DNA from: Candidatus Spyradenecus sp.
Lineage (GTDB): Bacteria > Verrucomicrobiota > Verrucomicrobiia > Opitutales > UBA953
Reading direction: 5' to 3'
Length of the DNA: 64,000 bases
Assembly (NCBI GenBank): GCA_045651925.1
Contig: JAZRTJ010000084.1
Coordinates: 12,286 to 76,285 of the forward strand
Positions within the stretch are counted from its first letter, which is position 1. Each line of letters begins with the position of its first letter. Below, piece by piece: positions 1 through 8,144 of this stretch. Below the pieces are notes generated by a model. The model was given only the letters and a program-made list of their open reading frames with translations. It did not search any database and was not told the DNA's origin. The position numbers were made by a program, and so were the translations under genes.

Positions 1-186
1 CATGGAGAGCCCGTAGTCGCGCATGGCGTCGAGCAAGTCGAGGATGTAGCTCATCTGGCGCGGGTCGATGATGGAGAGCGAATCGATATCCCACTGAACG
101 GGGATGCTCAATTCCTTGATCCACCAATTCATGTCGTCTCCGAAGCGGATTTCGCACCAAGTCAATTGCGGCGTATTGTTTTTCAT
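1..186 (-). CDS. Hypothetical protein, 3' end runs off the window (MKNNTPQLTWCEIRFGDDMNWWIKELSIPVQWD...)
   Basis: Manual translation of the minus strand from ATG at 186 is open to position 1. It is not in the ORF track because no stop lies in the window. Confidence 0.7.
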   Translation of the reverse strand, partial: MKNNTPQLTWCEIRFGDDMNWWIKELSIPVQWDIDSLSIIDPRQMSYILDLLDAMRDYGLSM

Positions 187-255
187 AGTCTGGTTTTGTC
201 GTATTAAAAAAACTCCGGAACGCAAGCGCACCGGAGCTTTGTGGTTTACAAAGAT

Positions 256-813
256 TTAGTTGGCAGCGTTTCCGTCAACGACGATAACTTTGCGGTCTTC
301 GGCGACTTCCGCGCGGGTACCGCCCTGAGTCGCGAATTGCTCGCCCATCGCCTGGATCTGCGCGCTCTGGGCGCCGCCGATTTGGTTCAGGTACTTCTTG
401 ACGGATTGTGCACGCTTGTCGGAGAGCGCAAGATTGTATTCTTCCGTGCCGATATGGTCGGTGTAGCCGACAATGTAGATGTTGCTGCCGCGGGTGTTGC
501 CGGCAATCGCGTCGAGCTTCGCACGCCCTTCGGCATCTACCGAGAACTTGTCGAATCCGAAGTAAACCGTGCAGAGCTTGGCCTCTTCCGGAATCGAGTT
601 GGTGGCAAACCATTCCGCGACCTTTTCGTCCGTCGTGCGGGTATCGCGATCGGCGAGAACGTCTTCGCCGGCAAGCTTGCCGGAATCGACTTCAGAGATT
701 CCGCCCTGATCGCCGGTCGTGTATTTAAAGTTGTCTTCCGGTCCGCGCTTCGGCGTACAAGCGACAACGGCGAGCGAGGCGAGAAGGATGAGTGCGGTTT
801 TGATGGAATTCAT
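256..813 (-). CDS. OmpA/Pal-family peptidoglycan-associated lipoprotein
   Basis: Lipobox LAVVAC; OmpA C-terminal motifs VYFGFDK, VGYTDHIGTEEYNLALSDKRA and DRKV. Start placed at MNSIK (ATG 813). Confidence 0.9.
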   Translation of the reverse strand: MNSIKTALILLASLAVVACTPKRGPEDNFKYTTGDQGGISEVDSGKLAGEDVLADRDTRTTDEKVAEWFATNSIPEEAKLCTVYFGFDKFSVDAEGRAKLDAIAGNTRGSNIYIVGYTDHIGTEEYNLALSDKRAQSVKKYLNQIGGAQSAQIQAMGEQFATQGGTRAEVAEDRKVIVVDGNAAN

Positions 814-908
814 GGTTGCTTTTCTCTCTATATTATGAATTGGGAAAATGAAATGACAAAGCGCTCTTTCCCGCAAGCGGAAAGTGAGGCGCAGGCGGGG
901 CCTGCGCC

Positions 909-1397
909 AATTGCAAATTTCGAATTCCGAATGATTAAGGGGTTTTCTGCGAAAAAGATTAAAGATTAGAGGTTAAAGATTAAAGAAGCTCCGGCGAAAC
1001 CGGAGATAGGTAACACTCAAAAGGGAATGGGTAGTGGATAACTGATAACGGATAGGTTTCTCTGCAAAAAAGATTAAAGGTTATGAAACTAGCCCCGTTT
1101 GGAGGGGTGGAAAGAAGTTTTAAAGAGAGGGGCATTACGTGCTTTGGGGTGATTCCCGTGGAACGGGAATACATAGGATAACCGCGGGTGCAGGCAATAG
1201 CCGCAACCCGCGGAAGGGCGCCAGCGAATCATGCGCCGCTAAACGACCTCGATATGTCCCCGGCCTACCTGCGGCGCAATGGAACAAGCTACAAAAAGCG
1301 CTCCCGCCAACCAGCGCTCTTTAAGCTTTAAGCCCTAATCTTTAAGCTTTCTATCCGCTATCACTCTTTCGCGGTACGCATTCGAAATTCGCTATTC
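909..1397. repeat. Cluster of heptamer short-tandem-repeat arrays in nested inverted pairs
   Basis: GAATTCC-type at 909-935 (+) and 1377-1397 (-); AAAGATT/AAAGCTT-type at about 954-985 (+) and 1320-1350 (-); GATAAC-type at about 1037-1055 (+) and 1341-1354 (-). Confidence 0.7.
1082..1287 (+). repeat. Multi-hairpin dispersed repeat (REP/REPIN-like or ncRNA), copy 1, modules A-B-C
   Basis: Closely similar in inverted orientation to 5757-5960. Modules B-C also occur at 5591-5706 and module C at 5301-5356. Stems are CCGCGGGT..ACCCGCGG and TGCGCCGC..GCGGCGCA. Confidence 0.85.
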
Positions 1398-1561
1398 ATG
1401 CCGAAGGCACCGGACCGGTCCGAAAAAATATCCTTTATTTTAAGCGCCCGCATAAGCGTCACCGAAATTTTTTATTGACCTCAATTTTTCGCAGCGCGAC
1501 AATTTTTTCAAAATTACCCATACCCTTTTTTACCCAAGTTTTAAATTATTACTCGTTTGCT

Positions 1562-4500
1562 ATGAAGACTTCAAAATTCTTCTTCTCTACCCTCATTGCT
1601 GCCGCAGCCATGACCGCAAGTGCGTATGCGGCTACGTGGGAAACCGACGAAAGCGGCCTTCCTGTTGTTGTAGACTTCAGTGAAAAATCGGCCAATGCGT
1701 CTTCGGGGCAGCAAACCATCGACGCGGATACGGTATTTACCTTTAATACTGCAGGGAATGTTGGCATTGCTAATAATGACCCTACACAGGGATTTAATAC
1801 CAATGGGTACAATTTAGCTCTTCAAGCTGACGAGAAGGAGATGTTTATCAATGGAACGTTTCTTGGGAACGGGAATATCTACTTTGCGTCCGGACGTTGG
1901 CAGGCGCAAGTATCTGATACGTTTGTAAATATTGGAGAAATTTATGTCTCGGGAAATACTCAACTTCAGTTGAGTAACACGCAGGCGATTTCTGGAAATG
2001 TCTTTCTTGGAACAACGACATTTAAAACAGACGGAAATCTTACCAATGCGGCACTTCGTGTTGGTGTTGGAGGTCGCCACGTGAATGTGACTCTTGACGG
2101 GACAACAACGATTTTTTCTGATACGAAGATTGGTTATCAAAACTCTTCCACGCTAAATATTTCGAATCTCACGGGAACGGGTAATATTGCGACGGGGATT
2201 TGGGACGGGAATAATACGTTAAATATTAACGGCTCTACGAGCTTTACAGGTTCGATTGATGTTGTTTCCGGTATTACTTTGAACTGGAAGGATGCAAATG
2301 GTAGTTTTGGCGGACTTTCTGGGAACGGGGCTGTTGGCGGTGGAAGCATGCTTAATCTTGTGCTAGGAGATGGGGTAAGAAAAGACTTTTCTGGGACTGT
2401 TGGGGGCGTGGATTCCGCAGTTAATCTGAATATTTCCGGTACGGGAACACAGGCGTTTACGGGAGCAACTTATTTGGGCGAGGTTGCCAATTCTGGGAAT
2501 TTGGTACTTGGTGGGACTGTTTCGCTTTCTTCTGCGATTACCAATACGGGAATAATCACCCTCAATGATGCTGTTATTTTTGATCTTGGACAATTCAATC
2601 TCGCTTCTGGGGATAATGTGATTATTTCAGGAGGCACAATTACTCCCGGTTTGGGGAAGGGTAATTTCCAAAATATTGGCGTGATGCGCGGCGGGTCGTT
2701 TTCCGTTAATTCTACGACGTCGTCTCTTTCTCTCACACTTACGCAGGGCGTTGCCGGGACTCTCGCATGGAGTGGCGTAGCAGGTGCGGTGTGGAATACG
2801 AGCACGGATAATGACAGCGTCTGGACTCTTAGCGGAGGAGAAACTTCGTCTTTCTACTTTAAGGACAATGTTATTTTCGATGCTAGCGCGACCAACAAGA
2901 CAGTGAAGCTTGAGTCCGGAAATACGGTTACAGTGGGAACTGCTACGGTATCGGGAGGTCGATACATCTGGGATGTTCAGGGAGGAACGAAGCCTGCAGT
3001 TGTCTCTGGCTCTACGCTCACAATTGATGGTGGAGCGACGCTCCGTATTGGGAATGATACTACCGTCGCTGGCAATCGTGTGGAGCTTTCGTTTGACGAG
3101 ATCATTCTTGGAGGTGTTCTAGAGTACAACTCTCAAGGAACGACAACATGGTCGTCTCTCGAATTCAAGGAAGGAGGAAATTTGCATATTGTCGATGCGA
3201 CAGGGGGGACTCCGCAGTTGACGATTGATTCTGTTTCGGTTAGCGGAAATGCGACGATTACTTCTGCGGCAGATAAATCTCTCCAGATTAACGCTCTTTC
3301 TGGTGATAAGAATCTTACTGTTACGGGTGCGAATGCATGGGGAGAGCAGAAATTGATCTTGGGGAGCTTGTCGGACTATTCGGGTACATTGACACTGAAC
3401 GACGGAATATACGGGCTAGGTGTTAGTATCAACACCAAAGATATTGGAACCACGGCTAAAGTTGTTATCAACGACGGTGTTGTACTTGCTGCAACTTCTT
3501 CTGCTGGGCAAAACACAACGGTAGATATGTCCAACGTTTCTGGGACAGGGACAGTTTTGTTGAAGCTCAAAGCTGATAATGGTGCTGGGTTTAATCTTTC
3601 CAACTTTGCGGGTACGATTGAAGTTGATAATGCAGACGGGCAAGGGTCTGGTCGCTTGCAATTGAATACGTCAACCTTGAATACTTCTTCATTGATCAAA
3701 GTTCTCGATGGTGGGCAACTCGTATTTGATGATAATTCAAATAAGGATGTCTCCAACGATATTACGGTTTTAGCGAACTCGACGATTCATGTGAACACCG
3801 GTTGCTTGGGGACGCTTTCTGGGGCAATTAACGCCACGGGAACGGTTACCAAAGCAGGAGCAGGGACACTGACTCTCACGGGAGAAGCAAATATTGCGAA
3901 AATTGCTGTTGACACAGGGACACTGAATGTAGGCAATGGTGGCGTTTTGACTGTTACCGGTGACGATAATGGAACATCTGAAATTTCCGGCACCCTTAAT
4001 GTTACTGGCGGAGGAACTCTCAAGTTTGGAGGGCACGATGCGCTTGGGTATAACAACCGTAATGCGTCCGGAACGATTATCGCACAGGGAGCTTCCTCTG
4101 AAAAATTGGCTACAATCCTTTTCAATGATACAGGAAAGCTTACACTGTCCAAAGAAATTCAGCTGAAAGGAAACACTGTTGTCAAAAATGCGGACGGGAA
4201 TTCAAATAGCATCAAGGCATTTGGAGGTCAGTTTACGGCATCGGGAGCGAACAATACAATTTCCACTGCGTTTGATATGTCCGAAGGGAAGGTTGATTTC
4301 AGTGTCGTCCAAGATGGTTCTCTGACGGTTGACAGCGTGATTTCCGGAAGTAAATCATGGGACAAACTTGGTGATGGAACGTTGACGCTCAAGGGGAATA
4401 ATTCCTCTTATTCGGGAACAATCACTGTTTCTGCGGGAACGGTGGTTGCGGCTCATAAGAATGCACTCGGAAGCGGGAATGTGACGGTGGGTGTGGAAAA

Positions 4501-5221
4501 GATTTCTAGTGACTTGCCGTATGCTCCGACGTTGAATCTTGGTGCCGGAGAGGTCGTGGTCAATAATTTGAATGGTTATGGTGACATCTGCTTGGCTGAC
4601 GGGGTGGATGCTTCGACGCTAACGATTAATTCCACTGTAGATACTTCTTTTGAAGGGAATATTTATCCCGCCGCGTTGGATGATAGCAGTACGATCGGGC
4701 GTACGATATCGCTTGTCAAGACCGGTGACAAAGCGTTTACGCTTAACAGTATGTTTAATGCGTTAGATTTGGTTACGGTTAAAGAGGGGACATTGGCACT
4801 GACTGCGTATTCTGTCGGGTACGGATCAAGTGTCGCAGACGTGAAAGTCGAAGGCGGAGCAACACTGAAGGTCATTACGGGGGGAGTCACGACTGGCGCT
4901 CTCAGTTTTGATGCGGGAGCAACATTCGCACTTGATCTTACTTTATTTGGAGTTTCGTCCGACGCAGAGGAAACGCCTTTGTGCATCATCAGTGCGTCTG
5001 CGCTTACTTTCAATGGGGTGGACGCGGCTACAATGAGCTCTGAGGAAATTGACAGCTATCTTGATTTGGATAATTCCGCTCTTGGGCTTTACGCGAATAA
5101 TCGTGTGTGGTCATATGCTGACGGGATGCTGACGCTTGCGATTCCGGAGCCGTCGATGTTCGGCTTGTTGGCGGGCTTGGGTGCGTTGGCTTTGGCCGGT
5201 ACGCGTCGCCGCCGCAAGTAA
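1562..5221 (+). CDS. Large secreted adhesin-like protein with autotransporter-associated beta-strand repeats and a C-terminal PEP-CTERM sorting signal
   Basis: Signal peptide MKTSKFFFSTLIAAAAMTASAYA; repeats TKAGAGTLTLTG and KLGDGTLTLKGNNSSYSGTITVSAGT; C-terminus IPEPSMFGLLAGLGALALAGTRRRRK. Visibly AT-richer than flanking genes. Confidence 0.9.
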   Translation: MKTSKFFFSTLIAAAAMTASAYAATWETDESGLPVVVDFSEKSANASSGQQTIDADTVFTFNTAGNVGIANNDPTQGFNTNGYNLALQADEKEMFINGTFLGNGNIYFASGRWQAQVSDTFVNIGEIYVSGNTQLQLSNTQAISGNVFLGTTTFKTDGNLTNAALRVGVGGRHVNVTLDGTTTIFSDTKIGYQNSSTLNISNLTGTGNIATGIWDGNNTLNINGSTSFTGSIDVVSGITLNWKDANGSFGGLSGNGAVGGGSMLNLVLGDGVRKDFSGTVGGVDSAVNLNISGTGTQAFTGATYLGEVANSGNLVLGGTVSLSSAITNTGIITLNDAVIFDLGQFNLASGDNVIISGGTITPGLGKGNFQNIGVMRGGSFSVNSTTSSLSLTLTQGVAGTLAWSGVAGAVWNTSTDNDSVWTLSGGETSSFYFKDNVIFDASATNKTVKLESGNTVTVGTATVSGGRYIWDVQGGTKPAVVSGSTLTIDGGATLRIGNDTTVAGNRVELSFDEIILGGVLEYNSQGTTTWSSLEFKEGGNLHIVDATGGTPQLTIDSVSVSGNATITSAADKSLQINALSGDKNLTVTGANAWGEQKLILGSLSDYSGTLTLNDGIYGLGVSINTKDIGTTAKVVINDGVVLAATSSAGQNTTVDMSNVSGTGTVLLKLKADNGAGFNLSNFAGTIEVDNADGQGSGRLQLNTSTLNTSSLIKVLDGGQLVFDDNSNKDVSNDITVLANSTIHVNTGCLGTLSGAINATGTVTKAGAGTLTLTGEANIAKIAVDTGTLNVGNGGVLTVTGDDNGTSEISGTLNVTGGGTLKFGGHDALGYNNRNASGTIIAQGASSEKLATILFNDTGKLTLSKEIQLKGNTVVKNADGNSNSIKAFGGQFTASGANNTISTAFDMSEGKVDFSVVQDGSLTVDSVISGSKSWDKLGDGTLTLKGNNSSYSGTITVSAGTVVAAHKNALGSGNVTVGVEKISSDLPYAPTLNLGAGEVVVNNLNGYGDICLADGVDASTLTINSTVDTSFEGNIYPAALDDSSTIGRTISLVKTGDKAFTLNSMFNALDLVTVKEGTLALTAYSVGYGSSVADVKVEGGATLKVITGGVTTGALSFDAGATFALDLTLFGVSSDAEETPLCIISASALTFNGVDAATMSSEEIDSYLDLDNSALGLYANNRVWSYADGMLTLAIPEPSMFGLLAGLGALALAGTRRRRK

Positions 5222-5227
5222 GAGAAT

Positions 5228-5356
5228 AAAGCTTAAAGTTTAGGGCTTAAGGCTTAAAGAAGGGCGCTCTCGCTGTTTGGCGGGAGCGCTTTTTTGTGGC
5301 TTGTTTCATTGCGTCGCAGGCGGGTCAGGGCGTGCCTGAGTCCGTGAGCGGCGCAC
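5228..5356 (-). repeat. Inverted copy of 1230-1350 (module C, terminator-like hairpin and heptamer array)
   Basis: Its reverse complement GTGCGCCGC..CTGCGACGCAATGAAACAAGCCACAAAAAAGCGCTCCCGCCAAACAGCG..TTTAAGCCTTAAGCCCTAAACTTTAAGCTTT aligns with 1231-1350. It includes the probable terminator GGGCGCTCTCGC..GCGGGAGCGCTTTTTT at 5262-5295. Confidence 0.8.
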
Positions 5357-5505
5357 GGCCTCGAAGAGTCAATTGCGAATAGCGAATTCCGAATGCGTAC
5401 CACGAAAGTGATAACTGATAGTTGATAACGCATAAGTAAAAAGGCCGCAGCGCGAATAAGCTCCAAGCATCAAACATCGAGCATCAAGACAGCGTTAATC
5501 ATTAA

Positions 5506-6037
5506 GGCTACCTCGAGAAATTCAGTTTTTAGGGCATTGTCCTAAATTCCCTTCTTTCCACCTGTCAGAATCTGTGCTCCGGAGGTGCACTACATTGGAT
5601 AACCGCGGGTGCAGGCAATAGCCGAAACCCGCGGACAGGCCTCCGGCCCCATGCGCCGCTAAGTGACTTCGATCGCTCTCCGACCTGCCTGCGGCGCAAT
5701 GGAACAGACAGAAAAGAAATTAAAGAGACTCCGGTTTTGGTAATATCCGTCCATATTGTTCCATGCGCCGCAGGAAAATCAAAGACGTAGCTATGTCTTC
5801 AAGCGGCGCTTCTTACCTTTGGCAAATCCGCGGGTTGCGGCTATTGCCTCCACCCGCGGTTATCCCATGTATTCCCGTTCCACGGGAATCACCCCAAAGC
5901 ACGTAATGTCCCTCTCTTTAAGACGTCTTTCCATCCCGCCAAACGGGGCTAGTTTCATACAAAAAAGAGCGTCTCGCTACCCCCGAGACGCTCTTTTTGT
6001 AATGGTTCCTCTAAAAAATGAATTTCTAGAGGTAGCC
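5506..6037. mobile_element. Non-autonomous MITE-like element, 532 bp, with 27-bp terminal inverted repeats and TTAA flanks
   Basis: Left TIR GGCTACCTCGAGAAATTCAGTTTTTAG (5506-5532) versus reverse complement of 6011-6037 GGCTACCTCTAGAAATTCATTTTTTAG, 2 mismatches. TTAA at 5502-5505 and 6038-6041. No convincing internal ORF. Confidence 0.7.
5591..5871. repeat. Inverted doublet of the B-C hairpin repeat (REPIN-like) inside the MITE
   Basis: TACATNGGATAACCGCGGG..GCGGCGCA(A)TGGAACA at 5591-5706 (+) and 5757-5871 (-), separated by about 50 nt. Confidence 0.8.
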
Positions 6038-6054
6038 TTAAGGGTTAAGACACG

Positions 6055-6093
6055 AAAAAAGCGTTCCCGTGAATTTCACGGGAACGCCTTTTT
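6055..6093. terminator. Bidirectional rho-independent terminator
   Basis: AAAAAAGCGTTCCCGTGAATTTCACGGGAACGCCTTTTTT, downstream of the toxin gene. Confidence 0.7.
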
Positions 6094-6109
6094 TGTGAGA
6101 AGGATGCGT

Positions 6110-6373
6110 TTAGTTATGTCCGTAATGTGTTTTACAGGAGATAATTTCGAGCGCGTCGGCGCTTGAGCGATAGACGATTCGGTCTCTGCTGTTTATGCGG
6201 CGGCTCCAATAGCCGGCTAAGTCATGTTTGAGCGGCTCGGGTTTTCCGTCTCCCTCATAGGGCGTTCTTACGCATTGTTTGATGAGACGCACAATTTTTT
6301 TGAAGGTCTTGGGGTCTATTTCATGCCACAGGGTAAATTCTTCCCATGCGGCATTGTGCCAGACAATTTTCAT
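6110..6373 (-). CDS. yoeB: Txe/YoeB family toxin
   Basis: MKIVW..AWEEF..W, PYEGDGKPEPLKHDLAGYWSRRINSRDRIVY and SCKTHY match YoeB motifs. Confidence 0.9.
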   Translation of the reverse strand: MKIVWHNAAWEEFTLWHEIDPKTFKKIVRLIKQCVRTPYEGDGKPEPLKHDLAGYWSRRINSRDRIVYRSSADALEIISCKTHYGHN

Positions 6374-6627
6374 AAATCTTCGAGCCGAGTTGTTCTGCGT
6401 TTGGCGGGAGTACGCATTTCAGCAATTCGCTTCTTGAGTTCATTGATATTTTCCGGGCTGTTAAACGGATCCGGGGCAGAAACAGAAAATGGAATTGCAC
6501 GATCTGCGAGGACGCGGTGGACGAAAATGCTGATTGCCGCGGAGGGGGTTATGCCGATTTCACGGCAAATGGTATTGAATCCGTCTCGGGTTGTTTTATC
6601 GATACGAACTGAAATTGTTGTTTCCAT
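6370..6627 (-). CDS. RelB/DinJ family antitoxin
   Basis: METTISVRID..ICREIGITPSAAISIF....IPF ribbon-helix-helix pattern; 4-nt overlap upstream of the toxin. Confidence 0.85.
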   Translation of the reverse strand: METTISVRIDKTTRDGFNTICREIGITPSAAISIFVHRVLADRAIPFSVSAPDPFNSPENINELKKRIAEMRTPAKRRTTRLEDL

Positions 6628-6767
6628 AGATGTAATATAAAATCGCCCTATTGTATTACGTCAATTGTGTTTTGTATTTCATTGCCACCGCTTTCTTTTT
6701 CTGCTCTCGGTTGACAATGCCTATCTGTTTGGTATTGTTTTTCGGCATGAGACGAGACCTACACCCT

Positions 6768-7712
6768 ATGGCGTTGTGCAATACGGCGCGCCTCGGCTTG
6801 GCGGCAATGCTGTTGTCCGCTTCCGCGCTTACGGCTTTTGCCGCAGAGGCGCGTACGATTTTTGCTCCCGGCGTTACGGAGACTTCCGGTTGGTATGATG
6901 TGAATAAAAAGAGCACGACGAGTCTGGCGACGAAAGATTTTCTTTTCTGCTGGGGCGCGGCCGCTTCGAACATGGCCCAATATTGGCAGGATTGTTACGT
7001 GAAGTCCGGGCATGATCTTCCGCCAAACGTGCCGAACGGGACGGCCTCCGCCTTGGGCTACGAGCTCGGAATCTTTGACGTGTTTTTGAACAACTGGTCT
7101 TCCGAGCGCGGGGCGGATCCGTATGTCGGGCTCATGTGGTATTTCAGCGGCGGCAGCCATTCGATGACAAATTATGCGAAACCGACTGCGGGGACGGGCG
7201 GCTACTGGAAGGATTCCTATGCCGCATTGCAGAGCGATTTGGGTAATAATTTCATTCTTCCGGAAGTCGGCGGCTACTCGACTTGGGGCGCGTGGGCGAA
7301 CGATCGATCACGGACGGCGCTTGAAATTTTTTCCGAACAGGCTGTTTCCGTTTTGAAAACCGGGGTTGCGAGCATCGCCGTAAAAACGGCGACAATCCTC
7401 CATGCGGTAACGCTCTGGGGCGTTGAGGTGGATGCGCTGGGAATCGTTACGGCCGCTTATATTACGGATTCGGACGACGCGGGGAAGACCGGACAAATTT
7501 CCGGTTTGAGAAAATACTCGCTGACGACCGATAGCATGAATCGGACCGTTTCCCTTTTGGGCACGGATTACGGGACGGTGAATATTACCAACCTCTACGG
7601 TCTGACGGCGTATCCGATTCCGGAGCCGTCGGTGTTCGGGGTGTCGGCAGGCGTGCTTGCGCTCGGCTTGGCCTTGTCGCGGAGGAAACTCCGCCGGGCG
7701 CGGGTTGCTTAG
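6768..7712 (+). CDS. IdeS/Mac-1 family cysteine endopeptidase with PEP-CTERM signal
   Basis: GWYDVNK, CWGAAASN (catalytic Cys), HAVTLWG (His) and ITDSDD (Asp); C-terminal IPEPSVFG..LALSRRKLRR; N-terminal signal peptide. Confidence 0.75.
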   Translation: MALCNTARLGLAAMLLSASALTAFAAEARTIFAPGVTETSGWYDVNKKSTTSLATKDFLFCWGAAASNMAQYWQDCYVKSGHDLPPNVPNGTASALGYELGIFDVFLNNWSSERGADPYVGLMWYFSGGSHSMTNYAKPTAGTGGYWKDSYAALQSDLGNNFILPEVGGYSTWGAWANDRSRTALEIFSEQAVSVLKTGVASIAVKTATILHAVTLWGVEVDALGIVTAAYITDSDDAGKTGQISGLRKYSLTTDSMNRTVSLLGTDYGTVNITNLYGLTAYPIPEPSVFGVSAGVLALGLALSRRKLRRARVA

Positions 7713-8065
7713 GCGGCTTTGCCGCGGAAGACGAAGTAAACGGCGCCGACGAGGCAGAGGAAGGCCCAAAGGTAGTCCCAGCGCCATTTTTCGCCCATGA
7801 AGAGCAGGGCGAAGGGCACGAAGACGGCGAGGGTGATGACTTCCTGCATGATTTTGAGTTGCCCGAGCTCGAGGCCGCCGGTGTAGCCGATGCGGTTGGC
7901 GGGCACCATGATGAAGTATTCAAAGAACGCGATGCCCCAGCTCATGAGGACGGCGACCATCCACGGTGCCGTTTTCAGGCCTTTGAGATGCCCGTACCAG
8001 GCGAAGGTCATAAAACAGTTGGAAAGGACGAGCAGGGCTGCCGTTTTGAGGATTACCGCGTTCAT
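7709..8065 (-). CDS. DMT family small membrane protein (DUF486-like)
   Basis: LVLSNCFMTFAWYGHLK, SWGIAFFEY...VPANRIG and LKIMQEVITL are typical of this family. Confidence 0.85.
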   Translation of the reverse strand: MNAVILKTAALLVLSNCFMTFAWYGHLKGLKTAPWMVAVLMSWGIAFFEYFIMVPANRIGYTGGLELGQLKIMQEVITLAVFVPFALLFMGEKWRWDYLWAFLCLVGAVYFVFRGKAA

Positions 8066-8144
8066 GGATTTAGAGAAGTGAGTCGGGCATTTTTCTATAA
8101 ATCGCCTCCGATATCAAGGTTGATAAACACGCGTCGGGCAGGGG

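Noticed and set aside
1080-1114. GTTATGAAACTAGCCCCGTTTGGAGGGGTGGAAAG resembles a CRISPR direct repeat (hairpin plus GAAAG end), with a second copy at 5927-5960
   Set aside because: There are only two copies, 4.8 kb apart and inverted. The sequence following each is conserved rather than a unique spacer, and there are no cas genes. It is treated as module A of the dispersed repeat.
1230-1287. Module C as an integron attC site
   Set aside because: No RYYYAAC/GTTRRRY core pair bounds the hairpin, there is no cassette array organisation, and no integron integrase is present.
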